From positions 64,001 to 128,000 of IMG/VR virus record IMGVR_UViG_3300021963_000037: DNA of 64,000 nt; one strand, written 5' to 3'. Under the pieces are notes generated by a model. That model searched no databases, had not been told where the DNA came from, and was given only the letters and a program-made list of their open reading frames with translations. Shown here piece after piece: positions 28,816-37,804 of this stretch. Within the stretch, counting starts at the first letter, position 1, and the number at the start of each line of letters is the position of its first letter. The stretch is from a virus. Position numbers and translations under genes: made by a program.

Positions 28816-29838
28816 ATGAAATTCGGAATATTAAATATCTACATCAATACATCATGTAATACAAATCGAGCAAATGGATTAGAAATCTATTATCTTCGAA
28901 AAGCATTACTCGAGGCAGGACACGAAGTGTCTATTATTGGACATAAAAATTTAAGAAATGCCGACCAAGAATATTATGTAGATGCAAATGAAGCCGAATG
29001 GGAAACTTATGATGGTATATTCATTCAATTAGCAAAAGATAATTTCTTTGGTGGTGGATTAAAACCTCATACAGTTGCAATTGTTGAAGGTATTGCAAAA
29101 GCAAAGAACAAAATCTACAATCTTGCAACTGATCCAATGTTTCCACCAATTAATCCAGCTAGATCTTTAGCTAGATTTAATTTATGTCAAGATTATGTTG
29201 ATGTATGGGATGACCTAATCGAGGACTCGATTCAAATCTTTCCAGGAAAAGACATTAAGAAATTTAACGGATGGAAGAAGGGAAATGTAATGAACTTCAA
29301 CTTATTCGGATATATTTTTAAGAATCTATTTACTGAAAGAGAATTGGCTAATCCAACCTTATTTCAAGGAGAAGATACTAAAAAATGGGATGTTATCTAT
29401 TTCGGTAGAAACAGAAAAAGGTATCGTGAAAGCATGCTACAAAAATATATTCCAAAAGATACTAGAAATTTATTAGTTGGATATAAAAGTAAAAATGTAC
29501 CATCAACTCAAATAAATCCAGTTTCACATGACGAGATGATGTATCTTGTTAATCAATCTAAAGTTAGTCTAATTATTGGAGACGAAGAACATTTAGATAA
29601 TGTTGTAACATATCGTTTTTATGAAACTTTAGCTTCTAATTCATTAGCAGCAATTCAAATTGAATACGATCCTAACAAAGAGCTTATTCAAGACCCTGTA
29701 CTTAGAAAGGTATTATATGTTAAAAATGCCGAAGATGTTAAAGTACTAACTGAATTATATTCAAAGGATTTAATTGATCGTCAAAAACGAGAATTGGCCA
29801 GAATATTTAGTGAAATTAACAAACCTATAGAATTATAA
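28816..29838 (+). CDS. T4 DNA beta-glucosyltransferase-like GT-B glycosyltransferase
   Basis: Colinear similarity to T4 BGT: MK..I.N...E..YL, DVIY.G..R...RES, LIIGD....N..T.R..ET.AS, YV.N.. Confidence 0.75.
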   Translation: MKFGILNIYINTSCNTNRANGLEIYYLRKALLEAGHEVSIIGHKNLRNADQEYYVDANEAEWETYDGIFIQLAKDNFFGGGLKPHTVAIVEGIAKAKNKIYNLATDPMFPPINPARSLARFNLCQDYVDVWDDLIEDSIQIFPGKDIKKFNGWKKGNVMNFNLFGYIFKNLFTERELANPTLFQGEDTKKWDVIYFGRNRKRYRESMLQKYIPKDTRNLLVGYKSKNVPSTQINPVSHDEMMYLVNQSKVSLIIGDEEHLDNVVTYRFYETLASNSLAAIQIEYDPNKELIQDPVLRKVLYVKNAEDVKVLTELYSKDLIDRQKRELARIFSEINKPIEL

Positions 29839-29839
29839 T

Positions 29840-30508
29840 ATGCTTACAAAAAGTCAAAGAGAACTAAGAGCAAACTACATAAAGTATCTTAATGCAACCG
29901 AAAGGATCGACAAAGATATGATTAAAGATTGCGTTATCCATTACATTAAACCCGAAGTAGATTATACTGATAAAGTATGTCTTGATTTAGGTGGAAACGT
30001 TGGTGGATTTACTAAATTAGCAATCGATCACGGTGCAAAACAAGTTATCACGGTAGAATGTGATGTTCGTAATTACACTAAACTTTCTGAAAGTTTTGCA
30101 GAAGAACCAAAGGCTAAAATTTTACATGCTGCAGTTTCAGGTTCTGACGAAAAAACAATTAAAATCTACAAAGGAACCAGAGGAGGTTCACATTGTTCTA
30201 CATCAATCATGAAAAGAAGTACTTTCCATGACTATGATGAGGTACAAAATTTGCATATTCAAGAATTGTTAGATACGTACAAACCAGATATTATCAAAAT
30301 TGATGTAGAAGGTGCAGAGTATCAAATCTTAGAATATATCGAAGCTTACTATCCTGAAGTAATTTTTATTGAATTACACATGGGAAAAGTAAAAGAGCAT
30401 GCCCAACCAGCTATTGAAAGATTAACAAATTTATACCCAATTAATGAGGTTAAAAGTTTTGTTGTCTTTAAAGAAATTGGTGGTTACGATTGTTGGTTTA
30501 AAAAATAA
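29840..30508 (+). CDS. FkbM-family SAM-dependent methyltransferase
   Basis: LDLGGNVG, VE, AAVS, IKIDVEGAE, IELH. Confidence 0.85.
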   Translation: MLTKSQRELRANYIKYLNATERIDKDMIKDCVIHYIKPEVDYTDKVCLDLGGNVGGFTKLAIDHGAKQVITVECDVRNYTKLSESFAEEPKAKILHAAVSGSDEKTIKIYKGTRGGSHCSTSIMKRSTFHDYDEVQNLHIQELLDTYKPDIIKIDVEGAEYQILEYIEAYYPEVIFIELHMGKVKEHAQPAIERLTNLYPINEVKSFVVFKEIGGYDCWFKK

Positions 30509-30517
30509 AATAGTAAA

Positions 30518-31567
30518 ATGAGTAATATAATTGAAAGCGTAAATATGGATGTCGTAAAAGACATTGGTCGTTTCTTTAATAAAGTAAACGAAAGAGCCCT
30601 TTATAATATGGGAGTGCTGGATAGTTATGATAGCGATGGAGACGATGCTCTTGGAGAAACTGTAGAGTATTTCCATCCTCAAATTACTCTAGATGACCGT
30701 ATGAGATATATTATGGAGAACATTGTATATGCTCCAATCTCAATGGACAATATTATTTGCAATACAATTATTTCTCACTTTTATGGAGCTCGTGGAATTC
30801 ACCAAGTTCTAACAAGAGATCCAAATCCAAAAACAGCATTAATTGATTTTGAAAGACTTTTAGTCGATCGAGATTATGAGAATAAAATTCGTAAGAATTT
30901 AGAAGATGCGGTTTCTTTAGGTTTACCAATTTATGGAAGTACGGAATTACGTACAAGTCTTTTTGGAGCAGCCAATAATTATGTTGCTCAGTTAAGAAAT
31001 CAACCAAGAGATGCTCATAAAATTAATATTCTTTTATGGGTAGCTTCTTTTATACCTCGAGGCATCACAGGAAGGATGGCCCAGGTTAAATCTCTAAACG
31101 AGATGTATGATATTATCTCTTCGCTTGAAGGAGTAGGACAGTACTACGGTTACCACTGTTCAACGTCTAACTCGGTAAATCCAAGAATTCCAATCAACCA
31201 TGACGAAAGATTTTGCGTACCAGGTCCTGGAGCAAGATTCACATTAGACCTAATGTTTGGAGAAGGTTGTAATATTCCTTATGGTGATAGAGTTATTTGG
31301 TTCCGTGAAAATTACAAAGACCTTATTGGAGATATTCCTCTACATGAATCAACACATAATGTTTATGTTGATGGTAAGAAGATTTTCCAAGAAGAACAAA
31401 ACGATCTTAAAACTTATGGTTGTGAAGTTGGTCTTTGTCAGTATGGCGTTTATTATCGCTTAAGAAACAATCCACATTTAATTAGTCGTCGAAAAGTAGC
31501 AAGAACTGATAATTCAGTTATGGAATACTTTTTTAACAATAATTTTGAACAAAACTCGCTTTTCTAA
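30518..31567 (+). CDS. aGPT-PPlase/amino acid:DNA transferase-like protein (HhH glycosylase fold) used in base hypermodification
   Basis: LEGVGQYYGY, VPGPGA, and E..LCQ...Y resembling the G.G.F.AY, GPGA and E..LCE..KY motifs; ends EQNSLF. Confidence 0.65.
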   Translation: MSNIIESVNMDVVKDIGRFFNKVNERALYNMGVLDSYDSDGDDALGETVEYFHPQITLDDRMRYIMENIVYAPISMDNIICNTIISHFYGARGIHQVLTRDPNPKTALIDFERLLVDRDYENKIRKNLEDAVSLGLPIYGSTELRTSLFGAANNYVAQLRNQPRDAHKINILLWVASFIPRGITGRMAQVKSLNEMYDIISSLEGVGQYYGYHCSTSNSVNPRIPINHDERFCVPGPGARFTLDLMFGEGCNIPYGDRVIWFRENYKDLIGDIPLHESTHNVYVDGKKIFQEEQNDLKTYGCEVGLCQYGVYYRLRNNPHLISRRKVARTDNSVMEYFFNNNFEQNSLF

Positions 31568-31590
31568 TATAATAACCTAATAACGTTATT

Positions 31591-32013
31591 ATGAAAGCAA
31601 CGAGTATCAAAAACCTTTTCTTAGACGATTTCAGACATCCTTATGATTGCATGAGCTACATGCCTTACCGAATCGGTACAAATGCAGCAATGTATACTCA
31701 ACAAGAATGGTCAGTTGTTAAAAGCTATGATGAATTTACCAAGTGGATTACTTTAAATGGTCTTCCTAAAATGGTATCATTCGATCATGATTTAGCAGAT
31801 GAGCATTACAGTCCAGCAATGTGCGGAGACGGAGCTGACTATCCAACTGATTTTGATGAGAAAACAGGTTTAGACTGTGCAAAATGGTTAGTTAATTATT
31901 GTATCGACAATAAATTAGAATTTCCATGTTTTGAAGTACATTCAATGAATCCAGTTGGCTCAGAACGAATTAAAAATTATATTCAAGATTACATCAAATT
32001 TAGTAAACAATAA
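31591..32013 (+). CDS. Cyclic-phosphate-processing receiver-domain protein
   Basis: LFLDD.R.P, SFDHDL, TG.DCAKWL, HSMNPVG. Confidence 0.75.
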   Translation: MKATSIKNLFLDDFRHPYDCMSYMPYRIGTNAAMYTQQEWSVVKSYDEFTKWITLNGLPKMVSFDHDLADEHYSPAMCGDGADYPTDFDEKTGLDCAKWLVNYCIDNKLEFPCFEVHSMNPVGSERIKNYIQDYIKFSKQ

Positions 32014-32036
32014 TAAATAAAACTATAGAATAGTAT

Positions 32037-32504
32037 ATGGCAAACATTGATAACGAATGTAAAGATTTAGAAGTAAATGACTTCTATGATAAATCCACCA
32101 CACATCTGGCGGATATAATGAATCACCAAAAAGAAATGCAAGAAAAAACTTATGGATTTGATTTTGACAATATGTCAATCAAAGACATTATGAATTTCTG
32201 GCATGTTAATACACACGCAGTAGTTGATGAAATTCATGAAATGACTGATGCTCTTGGTGGTATTAAAGATGGAGATGGTAATGCAGTTTGGAAATATTGG
32301 AAAACAGCTCATACTAAATATGAGAACATGAAAATTTCCGATCTTTCAGAAAATGATCGTAAAGAACTTTATATGGAATGGGTAGATATTCTACACTTCT
32401 TTATAAATTATGCTGCTTCTATCGGACTAGACGCCAAAACAGCATACAATTACTACTTTGCAAAAGCAGAAGAGAATAAGCAACGCCAAAAACGAGGATA
32501 TTAA
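32037..32504 (+). CDS. dUTP/dCTP pyrophosphatase, all-alpha type (T4 gp56-like)
   Basis: DEIHEMTDAL, WKYWK, MEWVDILHF, K..EN..RQ..GY. Confidence 0.8.
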   Translation: MANIDNECKDLEVNDFYDKSTTHLADIMNHQKEMQEKTYGFDFDNMSIKDIMNFWHVNTHAVVDEIHEMTDALGGIKDGDGNAVWKYWKTAHTKYENMKISDLSENDRKELYMEWVDILHFFINYAASIGLDAKTAYNYYFAKAEENKQRQKRGY

Positions 32505-33913
32505 TGTTATTAGACATCGAACAAAGAGACAAAGAGGTTATGGTTTCCTTTTATAATAAAGAAGGAGAAGTAGCTTTTAAAAGATACCCAATCAATCAAT
32601 ACCAAAACTGGTTTGTTTGTGATGCTAAAGATCGTGAAGCAAGTACTCAATTTAAAAATTGGGATAATCGTCCCGTTAAATTAGGTACATCTAGACAATA
32701 TAATAAGTTTTCATTGGTGTATTTTATGGATAATCTTCCTGCGAAAGACAAAGAAGAGATTTATGCATACAATATGCCAAAGACTTATTTTGTCGATATT
32801 GAGACTGAAATTGTTGATGGTTTCCCTAAAGCAGAAGAAGCTAAATCTAGAATCTTAACTTTCTCAATTATTACTCCAAATAAAAAGACAATTGTTCTAG
32901 GATTAGAAGACCTTTCACCAGAACAAATCAGTCAAATTGAAAAAGATACTAATGAGTATTTCAAACAATTAGATTCTGATTGGACTTTCCAATATATTAA
33001 GTTTAAATCTGAGTATGATATGGTTTATACGTTCTTGTATAAATTCATGCCTAAATTCCCAATGATGTCAGGTTGGAACTTTATCAACTATGACTGGCAA
33101 TATATTGTTAATCGTTGTAAAAGATTACAAATTGATATTGCAGATTCAGCATTGACTAAAGCAGTAGATTCTACCGATTCAAGACCACTTCACATGGGTA
33201 TTCTTGATTACATGCAGTTATATGACAAATATGATAAATCTGTAAAAGTTAAAGAATCAAATGCTCTTGAATATGTTGCAGGTCAAGTTCTAGGTTTTGG
33301 TAAAATTAAATACAATGGTGGTTTACAAGACCTTTATCGTGATGATTTTAAAAAGTATGTTTATTATAACGTAGTCGATAGTGTGTTAGTATATTACATT
33401 GACCAGAAATTAAAATCAATGGATGTACTTCTAACACTTGCAAATATTACACAAATGCCTCTTTATAAAGCAGCTTCTCCAGTTGCTGTAACTGAAGCAT
33501 TAATTGCCCGTAAAATGGCAGAGTCTGGTTTTAGAATCGGAACTGAACAAAGATCCGACGGTAAAAAAGATACTCAATATGCTGGAGCATTTGTAAAAGA
33601 ACCTAAAGTTGGTTTCTATCGTGGAGTAAGTGCATTTGACTTTGCATCTCTATATCCTTCGATTATGAGACAATTTAATATTTCTCCAGATGCATTCGTT
33701 GAAAAAGTTCCAGCTTCTAAAATCGAAGAACGTAGACAAGATAAAAATGTTATTGTTTGCGAAAATGGTGTTGTTTATCGAAATGAAGATTCGATGTTAA
33801 AAATGATTCTTACAGATTTGTATTCAAAAAGAAAGCAGTACAAATCTACTTCGTATGAATATTATACAAAAGCAGAGCACTATAAAAAGCTGTTAGAAAA
33901 GAAAAAAGATTAA
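32504..33913 (+). CDS. gp43: Family B DNA polymerase, N-terminal subunit (exonuclease plus motif A; gp43A)
   Basis: ExoI DIET, ExoII GWN...YD, ExoIII YN..D, YAGAFV, DFASLYPSIM; stops within the fingers domain. Confidence 0.9.
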   Translation: MLLDIEQRDKEVMVSFYNKEGEVAFKRYPINQYQNWFVCDAKDREASTQFKNWDNRPVKLGTSRQYNKFSLVYFMDNLPAKDKEEIYAYNMPKTYFVDIETEIVDGFPKAEEAKSRILTFSIITPNKKTIVLGLEDLSPEQISQIEKDTNEYFKQLDSDWTFQYIKFKSEYDMVYTFLYKFMPKFPMMSGWNFINYDWQYIVNRCKRLQIDIADSALTKAVDSTDSRPLHMGILDYMQLYDKYDKSVKVKESNALEYVAGQVLGFGKIKYNGGLQDLYRDDFKKYVYYNVVDSVLVYYIDQKLKSMDVLLTLANITQMPLYKAASPVAVTEALIARKMAESGFRIGTEQRSDGKKDTQYAGAFVKEPKVGFYRGVSAFDFASLYPSIMRQFNISPDAFVEKVPASKIEERRQDKNVIVCENGVVYRNEDSMLKMILTDLYSKRKQYKSTSYEYYTKAEHYKKLLEKKKD

Positions 33914-34031
33914 CTCCCGGACTATGCCGACAAGGTTATCTTTAATATATAAAGAAACCCCCAGTACTTGGCCTAGAACTTAAAACTCTAGGCCATTCTA
34001 GTCTAAATCAAAAGTAAAAAAAATTAAAAAA

Positions 34032-35048
34032 ATGGAAAATTCAAAATCATCATTATTTGTTGAAAGAGTTGAGTATAAGCCGTTTGAATATCCAATGTAC
34101 TATACGGAAGGATGGCTTCCGGTTATGCAAGCACATTGGCTTCATACTGAAATTTCAATGCAAGGCGATCTTAAAGATTGGAATGAAAATTTAACACCTT
34201 CTGAAAAGAATCTTGTAGGAAATATATTGTTAGGGTTTGCTCAAACCGAATGTGCAGTTTCAGATTACTGGACTAATATGGTAACTAAATGGTTCCCAAA
34301 ACATGAAATTAGACAAATGGCGATGGCTTTTGGTGCAAATGAAACAGTTCATGCCGTAGCATATTCTTATTTAAATGAAACATTAGGCTTAGAAAACTTT
34401 GCAGCATTTCTTAAAGAGCCTGCAACATCTCAGAAATTTGAATTCTTAGTTGAAACTAATAATGATTACACTCATTTAGATTTGCAACATAATTCAGATG
34501 CTAGAAAGGACGTAGCCCGATCACTTGCAATCTTCTCTGCTTTCGCTGAAGGAGTTTCACTATATTCATCATTTGCAGTTTTATATTCATTCCAGATGCG
34601 TAACCTACTTAAAGGTATTGGTCAGCAAATGAAATGGTCAGTTAGAGATGAATCACTACACTCTAAGATGGGTTGTCAACTTTTCCGCCACATGTGCGAA
34701 GAATATCCTGAATTAAAAGAATCTGTACAATCACAAGTTGAAGAAGCTGCAAAATTAATGGTTGAAATGGAATTTCAATTCATTGATAAAATGTTTGAAA
34801 TGGGAGACCTTGAAAACATGCAAGCTACCGACCTTAAAGAATTTATTAAGAAAAGAGCAAATGAAAAACTTAATGAATTAGGATATGAAAGCATTTTTCA
34901 TTATAGTGAAGCGATGGCTAGTCAATTAGACTGGTTCTATCACTTAACCGGAGGACATACACATACTGACTTCTTTGCAATTCGACCAACCGACTACTCA
35001 AAAGCAGGAGAAGATGAGAATTGGGACGAGGATGACATGTTCTCATAA
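34032..35048 (+). CDS. nrdB: Ribonucleotide reductase class I beta subunit
   Basis: KPFEYP, E..H...Y, EGVSLYSSF, RDESLH, TDFF. Confidence 0.93.
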   Translation: MENSKSSLFVERVEYKPFEYPMYYTEGWLPVMQAHWLHTEISMQGDLKDWNENLTPSEKNLVGNILLGFAQTECAVSDYWTNMVTKWFPKHEIRQMAMAFGANETVHAVAYSYLNETLGLENFAAFLKEPATSQKFEFLVETNNDYTHLDLQHNSDARKDVARSLAIFSAFAEGVSLYSSFAVLYSFQMRNLLKGIGQQMKWSVRDESLHSKMGCQLFRHMCEEYPELKESVQSQVEEAAKLMVEMEFQFIDKMFEMGDLENMQATDLKEFIKKRANEKLNELGYESIFHYSEAMASQLDWFYHLTGGHTHTDFFAIRPTDYSKAGEDENWDEDDMFS

Positions 35049-35080
35049 GAATAAATAAACAATACAAATTAATATTTTAG

Positions 35081-36898
35081 ATGGATCAAATCAATCACGG
35101 AGAACAACAAGGCTGGGAACTAGGAGTAGATTTCCCAGTTTGGGGTAATACAGAAATTTACGTTAAAACGATATCAAAAGGATATTTGTTAAAAGGTGAA
35201 ACACCTAAAGATGCTTATTGGAGAGTTTCAACAAGCGTTGCAAAAAGATTAGGAAAGCCTGAATTGGCAAGCAAATTCTTCGATTATATTTGGAAAGGTT
35301 GGTTAAACTTGGCTACTCCAGTTTTATCAAATACCGGTACTGAAAGAGGATTACCAATTTCATGTTTTGGCATTGATGTCGCTGATTCTATTGCCGATAT
35401 CGGTGGTAAGAATTTAGAAATGATGTTACTTGCAAAACACGGTGGTGGAGTTGGAATTGGCGTAAATCAAATTCGTCCAGCTGGAGCAAATATTTCTCAA
35501 AACGGTACATCTGATGGTGTAGTTCCTTTCATTAAAATTTACGATAGTTCAGTTCTAGCAACCAATCAAGGGTCAGTTAGAAGAGGAGCAGCATCAGTAA
35601 ATATTGATATTGAACATGGTGATTTTTGGGAATGGTTAGAAATTAGAGAACCTAAAGGAGATGTTAATCGTCAATCTTTAAATATGCACCAATGTGTTGT
35701 TGTTTCAGATAGTTTTATGGGAAAATTAGAAGCTGGAGACAAAGAAGCAAGAAAACGTTGGGCTGCAGTTCTTAGAAAAAGAAAATCAACAGGAGAGCCT
35801 TATGTAATGTACAAAGGAAATGTTAATAGAGCAAATCCTGAAGCGTACAAACAAAATGGTTTAAAAGTTTATATGACCAATATTTGTTCAGAAATTACTT
35901 TACACACTGATGAGAATCACTCATTCGTTTGTTGTTTAAGTTCATTGAACTTGGCTAAATATGATGAGTGGAAAAATACTGACTTAGTATATACATCAAC
36001 TCAATTTTTAGATGGAGTTCTTTCTGAATTTATTAGTCGTGCAAAATACATGAGAGGATTTGAAAACTCAGTTCGTTCTGCTGAAAAAGGTAGAGCATTA
36101 GGACTTGGAGTTTTAGGATGGCACACATATTTACAAGATCGTAATATTCCATTTGATTCCCTAATGGCTCAATTTGAAACTAGAAAGATTTTTAGTCAAA
36201 TCAAAATTGAATCTGAAAGAGCAAGTAGAGATATGGCGACAGAATATGGTGAACCACTTTGGTGTGTTGGAACTGGAATGAGAAATACACATTTACGTGC
36301 AATTGCTCCTACAGTTTCTAACTCTAAATTGTCTGGTAATGTTTCTGCAGGTATTGAACCTTGGGCAGCAAACGTATTTACTGAACAAACCGCTAAAGGT
36401 ACTTTTATTAGAAAGAATCCAACATTAGAAAAAGCTCTATCACTTGTTAAAAAGAATAATAAAGATACATGGGATCAAATTCTAGCTGATGGCGGATCAG
36501 TTCAAGGATTAGACTGGATGGATGAATACTTTGTAAAAATTGGAGAGAAATTAGAAGAGAAAGCAGGACGTCCTATCCATATCAAATTTATGGCTGAAAT
36601 GTCAGATATGGAAAAATCAGAATTCATTCCAATGAAAGATGCTTATAGAACATTTAAAGAAATTAATCAAATGGAATTAGTTAAACAGGCAGGTCTTCGT
36701 CAACAATATGTCGACCAAGCAGTTTCATTAAACTTAGCATTTCCAAATGAGGCCGAACCTAAATTTATCAATCAAGTGCATTTAGAAGCTTATAATCAAG
36801 GAATCAAAACGCTTTATTATATGAGAACTGAATCAGTACTTAGAGGAGATATAGCACAAAGAGCAATGGATCCTGATTGCTTGAGTTGCGATGGATAA
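35081..36898 (+). CDS. nrdA: Ribonucleotide reductase class I alpha subunit (short, no ATP cone evident)
   Basis: PISCF, GGGVG, TNICSEI, APT, KTLYY, C-terminal CLSCDG. Confidence 0.93.
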   Translation: MDQINHGEQQGWELGVDFPVWGNTEIYVKTISKGYLLKGETPKDAYWRVSTSVAKRLGKPELASKFFDYIWKGWLNLATPVLSNTGTERGLPISCFGIDVADSIADIGGKNLEMMLLAKHGGGVGIGVNQIRPAGANISQNGTSDGVVPFIKIYDSSVLATNQGSVRRGAASVNIDIEHGDFWEWLEIREPKGDVNRQSLNMHQCVVVSDSFMGKLEAGDKEARKRWAAVLRKRKSTGEPYVMYKGNVNRANPEAYKQNGLKVYMTNICSEITLHTDENHSFVCCLSSLNLAKYDEWKNTDLVYTSTQFLDGVLSEFISRAKYMRGFENSVRSAEKGRALGLGVLGWHTYLQDRNIPFDSLMAQFETRKIFSQIKIESERASRDMATEYGEPLWCVGTGMRNTHLRAIAPTVSNSKLSGNVSAGIEPWAANVFTEQTAKGTFIRKNPTLEKALSLVKKNNKDTWDQILADGGSVQGLDWMDEYFVKIGEKLEEKAGRPIHIKFMAEMSDMEKSEFIPMKDAYRTFKEINQMELVKQAGLRQQYVDQAVSLNLAFPNEAEPKFINQVHLEAYNQGIKTLYYMRTESVLRGDIAQRAMDPDCLSCDG

Positions 36899-36955
36899 AA
36901 TTCCGGTGTCTATATTTATATAGACACATTTTAGGACCGTTATAGTTAACGGGTT

Positions 36956-36993
36956 GGGCAGAGAAACGTTCGCTACTATCTCTGCCCTTTTTT
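36956..36993 (+). terminator. Rho-independent terminator after nrdA
   Basis: GGGCAGAGA...TCTCTGCCC followed by a T tract. Confidence 0.7.
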
Positions 36994-36995
36994 AT

Positions 36996-37022
36996 GAAAC
37001 AAATACTGATTACTCCATATAA
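36996..37022 (+). promoter_or_regulatory. Middle-type promoter GAAAC-N17-TATAA upstream of clamp/gp43B
   Basis: Exact motif and spacing. Confidence 0.65.
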
Positions 37023-37057
37023 GTATCATATCAAACGTTTCTAAAAAAAGTTTATTC

Positions 37058-37804
37058 ATGAAATTACACATTGACAAAGTAGACCAAAACAATTTTATTG
37101 GTTTCGTAAACAGATTGAAACTTATTGACTCTTTTATCTATTTTAAGATTAAAGGCGATCAAGTAGTTTCTTCAGCTTACTTGCCACAGCGAGATGCTGT
37201 GAAGCACAACGCTCTTCCACTAGGAGAGATTTTCGTAACATCAGGCGAAACACCTGAAAAAGAATTAAAAGTTGCATTTTTCGATGCTGCTAAATTAATC
37301 GAAGCATTTAAACAATTCGACTACCAAGGTATTCATGGTGAAATCGAATATATTGAAAATGATGAAGATTGCGTAGCAACAAGCTTTAAAATCTTTAATG
37401 ATGATTTAGAAATCACATTATCATGTTCAGAACCTTCTTTAGGTTACAAAGATTTAACAGAATCTCAATTACAAGGTATCTTCAATACTGAAGGATCTGA
37501 TTTCGTATTCGAATTAAGTAATGTAGAAGCTGGAAAAATCAAATCTTTATTCAACTTAGATAAAGATGAAACATTTAGTATCTCATCTTCTGATGACGGT
37601 GTTAAAATCAGCGGTAAATCATACAACAAATTAGTAAGTACTGAATTTGAAGGTGATAAAGCAAGCGTAACAGTTTATAAAAAGTATTTGAGTTTACTTG
37701 ACAAAGAGGACTACAAAGCTTATGTATTCGGTAACCGCGTAGTATTACGTTCTACTGAATCTGCAACTTTATTAACTATTGCAACTTGCCAATCTGCTGA
37801 TTAA
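37058..37804 (+). CDS. gp45: Sliding clamp (gp45/PCNA fold)
   Basis: 248 aa acidic alpha/beta protein, translationally coupled to the polymerase subunit; C-terminal L.LL...DY...V pattern. Confidence 0.6.
   Translation: MKLHIDKVDQNNFIGFVNRLKLIDSFIYFKIKGDQVVSSAYLPQRDAVKHNALPLGEIFVTSGETPEKELKVAFFDAAKLIEAFKQFDYQGIHGEIEYIENDEDCVATSFKIFNDDLEITLSCSEPSLGYKDLTESQLQGIFNTEGSDFVFELSNVEAGKIKSLFNLDKDETFSISSSDDGVKISGKSYNKLVSTEFEGDKASVTVYKKYLSLLDKEDYKAYVFGNRVVLRSTESATLLTIATCQSAD

Noticed and set aside
36906-36927. NrdR box
   Set aside because: The palindrome does not match the NrdR consensus and lies downstream of nrdA
36956-36993. preQ1-I riboswitch (loop GTTCGCTAC resembles it)
   Set aside because: It lacks the 3' A-rich AAAAAACUA tail, is followed by a T tract and is not upstream of a queuosine gene
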